A stretch of DNA of 64,000 bases from Candidatus Moraniibacteriota bacterium (lineage in GTDB: Bacteria; Patescibacteriota; Minisyncoccia; Moranbacterales; GWC2-37-73). The notes beneath the pieces are model-generated. The model saw only the letters and a list, made by a program, of their open reading frames with translations, had not been told where the DNA came from and made no database searches. A program made the position numbers and the translations under genes. The DNA lies in NCBI GenBank assembly GCA_013336225.1, contig JAAXUC010000002.1:74634-138633 (forward strand). The letters are read 5' to 3'. Below are positions 55,579 through 63,799 of the stretch, one piece after another. Every line of letters starts with the position of its first letter. The stretch's first letter is position 1.

Positions 55579-56685
55579 TTAATTTTGCAAAGCAATGGTT
55601 TCTCCACCTCGCAGTAGCTTGTTGCCATCTATGATGATGAGTGTTTCATTTGAAATCGAAGATGCTATTTCAGCATTTTCCCCATCAACTTTCACGATTT
55701 GCACAACCTGTTTTTTTGCAACATTATTTTCAGCCACGAAAATATAACTTTCATTTTGGCCAGTGCCAATGGCGGAAAGTGGCAAAATCAGATTGCCAGT
55801 CATTTTTGGTTTAGTGATCGTTTCAATGTTGACAGTCGCAATCGTGCCAGCCAACAACGTTGTCTGCCCCTGTTTTTCGGGATAAGCCTCAATCAAAAAA
55901 CGTTTGGTCATCTGATCAGCTGAGACGGAAATATTTCTTATCAACAAAGAGATTGAATTTCCAGTGGCATCAAAGGCTGCAATTCTTTGTCCACGGATCA
56001 AGTTGTTGCGCTGCTCTTGCTCGACAAAAAATTGAATTTTAATGTTCGCTGATTTACTGATGGTGGCAAGCTGTTGTCCAGCTGAAACAGAATCTCCCAC
56101 GGAAACAGTTTTATTGGTGATCACTCCGGCAATAGGGCTGAGCATGAGATGATTGTCAATTGAACCACTAAGTCCGAGCAAAGTGTTTTCATATTGCAAT
56201 CTGGCAATGTCTCGTTGAGCTTTGGCGTTGTCTTTTTGTGTCCTGGTTGCTGAAGACGAATCCTTAATGTCATTGTAGATATCTTTTGCTAGACTGTATG
56301 ATTTTTTGGCTTGCTCTGATGCTATATTGGCCTGCTGAACCATGATACTTTTGAGTCCATCTTCTCCAATGTTAAGCGTGCCAGTGTCATCAATCTTGGC
56401 CAGCAATGTTCCAACATTCACTCTGTCCCCAATGTTTCCAGGGGCAACCACAATTGTCCCAGCTGATTTGGCGGTGATTTTAACTTCCTGATCCCCAACA
56501 ACATTGGCAGGATATTGTTTTTTTTGTAAAAATTCTTTGCTGTCAGCAGCTGATTTTGCTGTGACGGAAATGGGCTTCTTGATTGTCTCTTTCGTTGGTT
56601 CAATATTTTTGCTTTGATAACGCAAAGCAAAAATAAAAAGCAATAAGACTGCTGAAATGGCTGCGATGATTTTTTTCTTGTTCAT
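55579..56685 (-). CDS. RND efflux periplasmic adaptor subunit (AcrA/HlyD family)
   Basis: 368 aa with an N-terminal TM/signal, then coiled-coil, lipoyl and beta-barrel segments. It lies upstream of the RND permease on the same strand. Confidence 0.75.
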   Translation of the reverse strand: MNKKKIIAAISAVLLLFIFALRYQSKNIEPTKETIKKPISVTAKSAADSKEFLQKKQYPANVVGDQEVKITAKSAGTIVVAPGNIGDRVNVGTLLAKIDDTGTLNIGEDGLKSIMVQQANIASEQAKKSYSLAKDIYNDIKDSSSATRTQKDNAKAQRDIARLQYENTLLGLSGSIDNHLMLSPIAGVITNKTVSVGDSVSAGQQLATISKSANIKIQFFVEQEQRNNLIRGQRIAAFDATGNSISLLIRNISVSADQMTKRFLIEAYPEKQGQTTLLAGTIATVNIETITKPKMTGNLILPLSAIGTGQNESYIFVAENNVAKKQVVQIVKVDGENAEIASSISNETLIIIDGNKLLRGGETIALQN

Positions 56686-56694
56686 AAAATTTTT

Positions 56695-57165
56695 CTAAGA
56701 CTTAAATATTTTTGCTAATTCGTGTTCTCCATTGTCGAGTATGACAGACAGCTTCTTGAAGAAAGCTTTGTGTTGAGCAATTTCATTTTTGGTGAATTTT
56801 TTTTCAAAAGATATCTGCGCTTTTTGCAATCTTTTTTCCAAATCAGTCAGTCTTCTTTTGCCAGAGGCGGTGAGCTTGATTATTACTTTGCGCTTGTCGC
56901 CAGTATTCTCTGCGTGGGTGCGGGTGACATAGTCTTCTTTTTCGAGGAAACTCAGTCGTTGACTCATGTTGGATTTAGTGGCGCTGGTAATTCTTATCAG
57001 ATCACTGGAGGTGAGTGGCCCACTAGTTGCCAATGACTTTAAAATCTTCATGCTCATATGCGAAAATCCCATGGGCTGAAAAACATATTTGTTGGCGATG
57101 GCTTCAAGTCGATGAGTGATGCAAATGATCGGCTCGATTGGTGAGGATGTATCATTTTTTTTCAT
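56695..57165 (-). CDS. MarR family transcriptional regulator
   Basis: Winged-helix region LTSSDLIRITSATKSNMSQRLSFLEKEDYVTRT. It is the first gene of the RND operon. The likely start is MKKNDTSSP. The track ORF extends to 57228. Confidence 0.65.
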   Translation of the reverse strand: MKKNDTSSPIEPIICITHRLEAIANKYVFQPMGFSHMSMKILKSLATSGPLTSSDLIRITSATKSNMSQRLSFLEKEDYVTRTHAENTGDKRKVIIKLTASGKRRLTDLEKRLQKAQISFEKKFTKNEIAQHKAFFKKLSVILDNGEHELAKIFKS

Positions 57166-57287
57166 ATTGGCGAAATCTTTAAGAAAGTTAATGCCTAAAC
57201 AGTTTAGCAGTAAACTATATTTTGTCAAGAGTGAAGCAAATTTTTTTCAAGATGATGCATCCCGGCCAACAAAAGAGTTCTTTCGGC

Positions 57288-57316
57288 TTGACTTTTGTCT
57301 CAGATGGGTGTATACT
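57288..57316 (+). promoter_or_regulatory. Candidate sigma70 promoter (TTGACT, 17-nt spacer, TATACT) for the 57382 gene
   Basis: A good -35/-10 pair with 17-nt spacing. The small hairpin AACGGGTGAAAGCCCGTTTTT lies in the predicted leader. Confidence 0.4.
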
Positions 57317-57381
57317 AGAGTTATTGGAATAGATAGAGTCGAAACGGGTGAAAGCCCGTTTTTGCTTGTTTCCAAAAAAAT

Positions 57382-58188
57382 ATGAAAAAAAATACTAAAA
57401 AACAACTAAATAAGAAAAAAGTTATTCCTTCAAAGAAAAAGAAGAATGTTTTAGTTGAGCCAAAAAAGAAAAACTTGAAGAGAGTTGTAAAGAAGGCAAA
57501 AGTTAAAACAAAAGCGGCTTCAAAGAAAACAGCCAAGGCTGTGTTAAAGCAAAAAACAAAAAATGTTGTCAAAAAATCCATCAGAAGAGCTGGCAAACAA
57601 GATAATCATGTGCTTACTTTTGGAGAAATTCATCCAGCAAGTGGAAAAATTCTGTTGTTGATAATCTTAATCATCATTGCTTTTTCAATCTTCCTGGTTC
57701 AAAGCATGACCAGGGTTGAAGTCAAAAAAGAGCAGCCAAAGGTTGCTGGAATCACTAGCACAAGAAATATTGCCAGAGAAAAAGAAATAAACGACATGGT
57801 GCAAGGATATCCTATTGAAAAAATGACGCGTTATATTGCCAAACAAGAACCAAAAGTGGCAGCTTTCATGATTGCAATTGCAAAAAAAGAAAGTGCCTGG
57901 GGAGACAGAAAGCCAGTTTTGGATGGAGAGGATTGTTATAACTATTGGGGATTTCGTTTGAAATCTGACAGAATGGGCTCTGGCGGTCACACTTGTTTTG
58001 ACTCACCGGAGGAAGCAGTGGCAATTGTGGGAACTCGCATTAGTCACTTGGTTAATGAGGAAAAAATAGATACGCCAAAAGAGATGGTTATTTGGAAATG
58101 TGGATATTCATGTGATGGTCCAGCAGCTGCAGGCTCAGAGAAGTGGATCAAAGATGTGGATTATTATTATAAACAAATGATTAATTAG
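57382..58188 (+). CDS. Membrane-anchored protein with a Lys-rich histone-like N-terminal tail and Cys-containing extracytoplasmic domain, hypothetical
   Basis: 268 aa. About 85 N-terminal residues are K/A/V-rich, then a TM helix ILLLIILIIIAFSIFLV, then a C-domain with CYNYWGF...HTCF...CGYSCDG. Confidence 0.5.
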   Translation: MKKNTKKQLNKKKVIPSKKKKNVLVEPKKKNLKRVVKKAKVKTKAASKKTAKAVLKQKTKNVVKKSIRRAGKQDNHVLTFGEIHPASGKILLLIILIIIAFSIFLVQSMTRVEVKKEQPKVAGITSTRNIAREKEINDMVQGYPIEKMTRYIAKQEPKVAAFMIAIAKKESAWGDRKPVLDGEDCYNYWGFRLKSDRMGSGGHTCFDSPEEAVAIVGTRISHLVNEEKIDTPKEMVIWKCGYSCDGPAAAGSEKWIKDVDYYYKQMIN

Positions 58189-58200
58189 AGATAAGCCAAA

Positions 58201-58270
58201 ACCCGTCACTCACGAGTGACAGGTAAAAACAAAAACCAAAACAAAACCTGTCATTCACGAATGACGGGTA
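58201..58270. repeat. Tandem pair of related hairpins (family C-like GTCAYTC/GARTGAC stems)
   Basis: ACCCGTCACTC-ACG-AGTGACAGGT and ACCTGTCATTC-ACG-AATGACGGGT are separated by an A-rich spacer. Each is approximately the reverse complement of the other. Confidence 0.5.
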
Positions 58271-58284
58271 AAAACAAAAAAATT

Positions 58285-58318
58285 GGTGCGCGCGATAATT
58301 ACGCGGCACCTTTTTTGT
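58285..58318 (+). terminator. Rho-independent terminator
   Basis: GGTGCGCGCG-ATAATTA-CGCGGCACCTTTTTTGTTTT. Confidence 0.6.
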
Positions 58319-58396
58319 TTTTTAATTTTGTGCTATGCTGTAAAAACGTTGCGGATAAAGCTCGTTACGTATAATTAATAACTAACAACAACACAA

Positions 58397-58771
58397 ATGC
58401 AAAACATTCAAGATGTTTTCAATCACATTCGTGAGATGAAAAAAGAACAAAAAGATTTGCGAGATATGTATAAGGATGCCCTTATTCAAGCTGATGAATA
58501 TGAGGAAATTGTGGAGGAGATCAAAGTTTTGCGTGAGAAAAAACAAGCCATTGAAGCTCGCATTCAGCTTCAACTTGGACGTGCCTATGAAAAATTCGAG
58601 GATTTGAAGCATGAGGTGGAAACTGAGAAAGAAATGATGAACGACATTGCACTTTCAACTTTGATGAAAGGTGAGACTGTGGTGGTGAAAGATGAATGGG
58701 ACAATGAATATGAACCAAGCTGGAAAGTTGGATTTAAAAAAGCTAATGGCGGAACAACAACAGGGGAATAG
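58397..58771 (+). CDS. Small coiled-coil protein, hypothetical
   Basis: 124 aa, highly charged, predicted helical. Confidence 0.4.
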   Translation: MQNIQDVFNHIREMKKEQKDLRDMYKDALIQADEYEEIVEEIKVLREKKQAIEARIQLQLGRAYEKFEDLKHEVETEKEMMNDIALSTLMKGETVVVKDEWDNEYEPSWKVGFKKANGGTTTGE

Positions 58772-58825
58772 TAAATAGCTTTTTAGGCTTTAGCTTGTTA
58801 GCTTTTTAGGAAAAATGCAGAATAC

Positions 58826-58852
58826 AAAAGTCCCCATGCAAATGGGGCTTTT
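58826..58852 (+). terminator. Rho-independent terminator
   Basis: AAAAGTCCCCA-TGCAAA-TGGGGCTTTTGCTT. Confidence 0.55.
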
Positions 58853-58891
58853 GCTTGCTAAAAGCATCGAAATAAGACAATAATGAAATAT

Positions 58892-59857
58892 ATGAAAAAG
58901 AATTTTTGGGAAAAAATGCAAAAGCCATTTTTTGTGTTGGCACCGATGGCGGATGTGACTGACTTTGCGCAAAGGCAAATGCTTGTTAAATATGGAAAAC
59001 CTGATGTTTTATATACTGAATTTGTCAGCGCAGATGGCTTGGCCAGTGAAAAAGGTCGCAAGGCTTTGCTGCGCGACATGCGCTTTGAGGAAAATGAACA
59101 TCCGATTGTGGCGCAAATCTTCGGTGCAAATCCGGAAAACATTAAAAAGGCCACGGAGATTCTGTGCGAGCTTGGTTTTGATGGTATTGAGATAAATATG
59201 GGCTGTCCTGATCGCAGCGTGGAAAAACAAGGCGCTGGGTCGGCGCTAATGAAAAATCCCAAGCTTGCCAGGGAATTGATTCGCGCAGCCAAAGCTGGGG
59301 CGGGGGAGATTCCAATTTCAGTAAAAACTCGTCTTGGCTATAATAAAAATGAAATTGAAACTTGGCTGCCGGAAATTTTGGCTGAGCAACCTGCTGTGCT
59401 CACAGTGCACCTGCGCACGCGCAAGGAGATGTCAGAGGTTGCTGCTCATTGGGAATTGGCTCCGCGCATCGCAGCGCTTGCCAGGGAGCACGGGGTGATT
59501 ATTGTGGGCAATGGAGATGTGCAAAGTTTGCAGGATGGAAAACAAAAAGCCAAAGATTCTGGCATGGATGGAATCATGGTGGGGCGCGGAATTTTTGGTA
59601 ATCCCTGGTTTTTCAATAAAAAGATTTCCATTGATGACATTCCACTCTCAGAAAGATTCGCTGTGATGATTGAACATGCTAAACTTTTTGAAAAAGAACT
59701 TGCAAGTAAGAAAATCAAAGGTTTTCACGTGATGAAAAAGCATTTCAAGGCATATGTGGGTGGTTTTGACGGCGCCAAAGAATTGCGCGCTAAACTGATG
59801 GAAACAGAGAGCGTGAAAGAAGTTGAAGATATAGTTAGTGGCTACTTTAATAAATGA
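58892..59857 (+). CDS. dus: tRNA-dihydrouridine synthase (Dus family, FMN TIM barrel)
   Basis: FFVLAPMADVTDFAQRQM, GFDGIEINMGCP and a catalytic Cys in the context of NMGCPD. 321 aa. The track ORF starts 3 codons upstream. Confidence 0.8.
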   Translation: MKKNFWEKMQKPFFVLAPMADVTDFAQRQMLVKYGKPDVLYTEFVSADGLASEKGRKALLRDMRFEENEHPIVAQIFGANPENIKKATEILCELGFDGIEINMGCPDRSVEKQGAGSALMKNPKLARELIRAAKAGAGEIPISVKTRLGYNKNEIETWLPEILAEQPAVLTVHLRTRKEMSEVAAHWELAPRIAALAREHGVIIVGNGDVQSLQDGKQKAKDSGMDGIMVGRGIFGNPWFFNKKISIDDIPLSERFAVMIEHAKLFEKELASKKIKGFHVMKKHFKAYVGGFDGAKELRAKLMETESVKEVEDIVSGYFNK

Positions 59858-59880
59858 GTTTCTTATTTTATTTTTTGTAA

Positions 59881-60010
59881 ATCAAAAATCTAAATTTCAA
59901 ATGTCAAATAAAGTTCAAAATCAGGATGATTAAACTTTTAGTTTTTTTGTCATTAAGATTTTATTTGAAATTTGGATTTTGACATTGAGATTTTTTTAAA
60001 TAGAATATAT
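59881..60010 (+). promoter_or_regulatory. Family E AT-rich upstream element, copy 2 (5' of holin-like gene)
   Basis: Homologous to 36701-36827. It contains AAATGTCAAA/TTTGACATT and TTGACA-17nt-TAGAAT, a good sigma70-like promoter. Confidence 0.45.
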
Positions 60011-60044
60011 ACTAAATATATAATACTTAAACAATATTAAATTT

Positions 60045-60413
60045 ATGCGTATTATCCTGCATTGGTTCTTGCGAGCGTTGGCAATCATGATTACTGCTTA
60101 TCTGCTGCCCGGAATTATTTTAAAAAGTTTTTTTGTGGCGCTGGTGGTGGCTGTGGTGTTGGGAATTTTTAACACAATTTTGAAACCGATTTTAATCATT
60201 CTGACTTTGCCAATCACGATTTTAACCTTGGGACTTTTCACTTTGGTTATTAATGCTGGCATGATTATGCTCACAAGCAGATTTGTGGATGGTTTCCATG
60301 TCCCAAGTTTCTGGACAGCACTTTTATTCAGTTTGATTCTTTCTTTGGTTAATGCGATTTTACATGCACTTGAGCCAAGCAAGAATCATCATGCTGAAAA
60401 TAAAAATGAATAG
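60045..60413 (+). CDS. Phage holin family 4-like membrane protein (YvlD-type, 4 TM)
   Basis: MRIILHWFLRALAIMITAYLLPGI...ILKPILIILTLPITILTLGLFTLVINAGMIMLTS closely follows the YvlD/PF04020 pattern (...AYLLPGI...PILLILTLPITILTLGLF.FVINA.ML.LTS). Confidence 0.65.
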   Translation: MRIILHWFLRALAIMITAYLLPGIILKSFFVALVVAVVLGIFNTILKPILIILTLPITILTLGLFTLVINAGMIMLTSRFVDGFHVPSFWTALLFSLILSLVNAILHALEPSKNHHAENKNE

Positions 60414-60431
60414 AAATTTTTGAAAAAAATT

Positions 60432-60465
60432 AAAAGGCGCGCTAGATTTTTCTAGTGCGCCTTTT
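60432..60465. terminator. Bidirectional Rho-independent terminator
   Basis: AAAAGGCGCGCTAGA-TTTT-TCTAGTGCGCCTTTT, between convergent genes. Confidence 0.7.
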
Positions 60466-60487
60466 GTATTTGACTAATGTTGGAGCT

Positions 60488-60949
60488 TTAAGCTGTTTGT
60501 TCCAAGTGGAGCTGAAGCTCCTGGAAATAGTTTATTCTGCGATCAATTTTCCGCAGAAGATGAAAGATGTTATCCATTGTGTTGAGATAGTCACTAATAT
60601 TCTCCGGATCCGCTTCTAATTTTGCTGGTAAGAAAGCAAAATATTCCAAGCAATCTGAGGCAATCGTTTTGCTCACTTCCAGACGATCAATTCTTCTTTT
60701 GCGTGCAATGCTCTTGATTGCTTTGTCTCCGCTTAATAAATAAGCTTCGATAGCATCAAAGACTTGCTGGGTGTACTCCTGGTTTTTAAAACGATTGGAT
60801 GGAATTTTCGTGATGGTCCAGTGCATCAGTTGAATTGCTTTTTTGCAAGCATCTTGCTTGCCAGTCAAAACATCATCCACCACCGGGCTCAATATCTCAG
60901 TGAGTTTGATAAAACAATGATTATTTTTTCTGCTAAAATAATACTTCAT
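60488..60949 (-). CDS. Hypothetical cytoplasmic protein (predicted all-alpha)
   Basis: 153 aa with no recognisable motif. It lies downstream of obg on the same strand. Confidence 0.45.
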   Translation of the reverse strand: MKYYFSRKNNHCFIKLTEILSPVVDDVLTGKQDACKKAIQLMHWTITKIPSNRFKNQEYTQQVFDAIEAYLLSGDKAIKSIARKRRIDRLEVSKTIASDCLEYFAFLPAKLEADPENISDYLNTMDNIFHLLRKIDRRINYFQELQLHLEQTA

Positions 60950-60984
60950 TGCAAACCTCCTTTTTTTGTGGTGATAAGAACTAT

Positions 60985-61947
60985 CTACTTCTCCTTGTCC
61001 AATTCGTTCAAGATTTCTTTGACAACTTGAATTTGCTCCCAGTTATGAATTGAAATTGGCGCAGCATTTTTATTAATCTTCTTGGCTTTGGTTAGGATTT
61101 TCTTGAGTTGTTTTTCGTCGACAGTGTCAGAGCGGGAAACAAGGATGTATTCAGGTTTTTCCAAGAGGGCAGGATTGAAAGCTTTCAGTTCGGCGCGGAT
61201 GGTTTTGTAATCTGCCACAATATCCTCGCTGTCAGCAGCCAGGAAATGAAAAATAATTTTAGTGCGTTCAACATGCCTTAAGAATTTTATTCCAAGTCCT
61301 TTGCCATCTGAAGCACCTTCAATAAGTCCAGGAATGTCAGCCAGAATCAAACTGTAATACACGCCAAGGTTTGGTTCAAGTGTGGTGAATTGATAGTTGG
61401 CCACTTTTACATTGGCGTTGGTAAGTTCATTTAAAAGGGAAGATTTTCCAAGATTAGGTAGACCCACGAATCCGATGTCAGCAATCATTTTAAGTTCCAA
61501 ACGTAATTCGCATTCCTGTCCAGGCTTTCCTTCCTCGAATTCTTTGGGGGTGGTGTTTTTGCTGCCGCGGAATTGAAAATTGCCTCTGCCTCCTCGTCCG
61601 CCTTTGGCAATCAAAATTTCCTGTCCAACTTTGGTGATTTCGCAGTCTTCGCCGGTGGTCAAATTGTGAATCACGGTTCCCACTGGAATTTTGATCATTT
61701 CATCTTTGGCATCTGGTCCATCACAAAACTGACCTTTTCCTTCGCGGCCATTTTCTGCATTAACTTGCTTTCGGAAACGAAATTGTCCGAGCGCATTAAG
61801 ATCGGAAACACCAATAAAAATGACGCTTCCGCCTTTGCCGCCACTTCCGCCAGCTGGCCCAAGACTCATCAGGTTCTTGTTGAATGCCACGCAGCCTTTT
61901 CCGCCATGTCCGGCAGCCACTTCAATTTTAATATCGTCGATCAACAT
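60985..61947 (-). CDS. obg: GTPase Obg (N-terminal Obg fold + G domain; no C-terminal extension)
   Basis: Gly-rich Obg fold (...GPAGGSGGKGGSVIF...GGRGGRGN). G1 is GLPNLGKSS. DIPGLIEGAS is present. 320 aa. Confidence 0.8.
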   Translation of the reverse strand: MLIDDIKIEVAAGHGGKGCVAFNKNLMSLGPAGGSGGKGGSVIFIGVSDLNALGQFRFRKQVNAENGREGKGQFCDGPDAKDEMIKIPVGTVIHNLTTGEDCEITKVGQEILIAKGGRGGRGNFQFRGSKNTTPKEFEEGKPGQECELRLELKMIADIGFVGLPNLGKSSLLNELTNANVKVANYQFTTLEPNLGVYYSLILADIPGLIEGASDGKGLGIKFLRHVERTKIIFHFLAADSEDIVADYKTIRAELKAFNPALLEKPEYILVSRSDTVDEKQLKKILTKAKKINKNAAPISIHNWEQIQVVKEILNELDKEK

Positions 61948-62053
61948 ACAAAAGTTATAAAGTTTGTAAAGTTATAAAGTTCATAAAGCAGGTAAGCTTT
62001 AGTGAAAATATAGAATAACACAATATTCTAGGCATGTAAAGGCTGTCGGATTC

Positions 62054-62290
62054 TCACTTAATTTCATCTAAGGATTTTTGCAAACGTTCACTTTCCTTGG
62101 CAATACTGTCATTGATATTGTTTTCCATCGCATTTTTGCGGTCGATGGCGTCTGGCACATAGTTGGCAGTTTTTTCCAAGGTGTCTTTGGTTTCTTTTAT
62201 CATTGATGGTTGTTGGCTTTTAATGGAAATATATTTCCAAACGCCAAATCCTGCTGTCAACAATAAAACAATTGTGATAATTTTTTTCAT
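62054..62290 (-). CDS. Small secreted or membrane-anchored hypothetical protein
   Basis: 78 aa with an N-terminal signal/anchor MKKIITIVLLLTAGFGVW and then a charged helical segment. Confidence 0.4.
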   Translation of the reverse strand: MKKIITIVLLLTAGFGVWKYISIKSQQPSMIKETKDTLEKTANYVPDAIDRKNAMENNINDSIAKESERLQKSLDEIK

Positions 62291-62402
62291 AGATTTAAAA
62301 TTAATATTTGATAAGTATATTATAGCATGAAGCTCGGTTTGACTTTTATTTAATTATATGTCATTATGTAATTTATCAATAATGTAGAAGATATCTAAAA
62401 AT

Positions 62403-63689
62403 ATGAGTTCAAAAAAACTGATTGAAGAACAATTTGATGTGGTGGTGATCGGTGCTGGTCCAGCTGGGATGATGGCTGCTTTTGCTGCTGCCAAAAAAGG
62501 CGCTCGTGTGGCCTTGGTGGACAAGAAAGAAGAGCCGGGTAAGAAGCTTTTGATGGCAGGTAATGGCCGCTGTAACATTACTCAGGATGAGAATAACATC
62601 GTGGAACTTTCCAATCTCTATAAGAATGGTAGGTTTTTGCTCTCTGCTTTCGGTGCATTTCGTCCTGGCAATGTGCAAGAATTTTTTGCCAATCACGGCG
62701 TGCCAACGAAAGTTGAAAAAAATGGCAAAGTCTATCCAGTCAGTGATAAGGCGCAGGATGTGCTGGATGCTTTGATGAGCGTGCTCAAAGAAAACAACAT
62801 CACTTTTCTATACAAAGCGCATGTGGTTGATTTTTCTTTGGACAGCGAAAACAAAATCAGCAAAATCAAACTCAAGAAGCGGGAACTTTTTCCTGCCAAG
62901 GTGATCATTGCCACGGGCGGAAAATCATATCCAGCCACCGGCTCAATGGGAGATGGATATGAATGGGCAGCAAAAATGGGACACAAAATTATTGAGCCAT
63001 TGCCAGCTTTAGTGCCAATCAAAATTTTGGAAGATTGGGTGGGTGAGCTTCAGGGCGTGAGTGCAGGCTCTGTTGGAATTACCGTGTTTCAAGGTGGCAA
63101 AAAGAAATTCACAGATGCTGGCGACCTGATGTTTGCGCATTATGGTCTTTCTGGTCCATTGGCACTCAACATGAGTCGTGGAATTGGAAAATTGATTTCT
63201 CAAAGTGATGAAAATATAAAACTAGTCTTGGATTTAAAACCATATTTAACTGCTGAGCAATTGGATGAAATCATTCTGACTGATTTTGAAAGAAATGCTG
63301 ACAAGAAATTGTCGAACTGTTTGTTTGATGTTTTTTCTCCAAAACTGCTGGATTTCATTTTGCGCTATTCGGGACTTGATCTGGAAAAGCATGCAGCCAA
63401 AATTTCTCGTAAAGAAAGACATATATTGGTTAATCTCTGTAAGAATTTGGAAATGAACTTTGACAGCTTGTTTGGTTTTGAAAAAGCGATGGTGACGAGT
63501 GGGGGAGTTGCGACCAAAGAAATTGATTCACGAACTATGCAATCAAAAATCGTGCCCAATCTTTATTTCGCTGGTGAAATCATCGATGTCGATGGTCCAA
63601 CAGGGGGCTATAATTTGCAAATGTGTTGGTCAACCGGACATTTGGCTGGCGAAAGCGCAGCCAAGAATCTCATTGACATTAAGGCCTAG
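62403..63689 (+). CDS. NAD(P)/FAD-binding flavoprotein, HI0933/YhiN (aminoacetone oxidase-like) family
   Basis: Dinucleotide-binding motif DVVVIGAGPAGMMAA...RVALVDKKEEPGKKLLMAGNGRCNIT. 428 aa. Confidence 0.75.
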   Translation: MSSKKLIEEQFDVVVIGAGPAGMMAAFAAAKKGARVALVDKKEEPGKKLLMAGNGRCNITQDENNIVELSNLYKNGRFLLSAFGAFRPGNVQEFFANHGVPTKVEKNGKVYPVSDKAQDVLDALMSVLKENNITFLYKAHVVDFSLDSENKISKIKLKKRELFPAKVIIATGGKSYPATGSMGDGYEWAAKMGHKIIEPLPALVPIKILEDWVGELQGVSAGSVGITVFQGGKKKFTDAGDLMFAHYGLSGPLALNMSRGIGKLISQSDENIKLVLDLKPYLTAEQLDEIILTDFERNADKKLSNCLFDVFSPKLLDFILRYSGLDLEKHAAKISRKERHILVNLCKNLEMNFDSLFGFEKAMVTSGGVATKEIDSRTMQSKIVPNLYFAGEIIDVDGPTGGYNLQMCWSTGHLAGESAAKNLIDIKA

Positions 63690-63799
63690 TTGCTGTATGC
63701 TAGGGTTAATTGTAAGTGTCTTACTGGTTTTCGCCTTTGGTGCGTAAAATTAAGAGAGGAGGTCGCCTTACATGTTTAATAAGCACAAAGCGAAAAACT

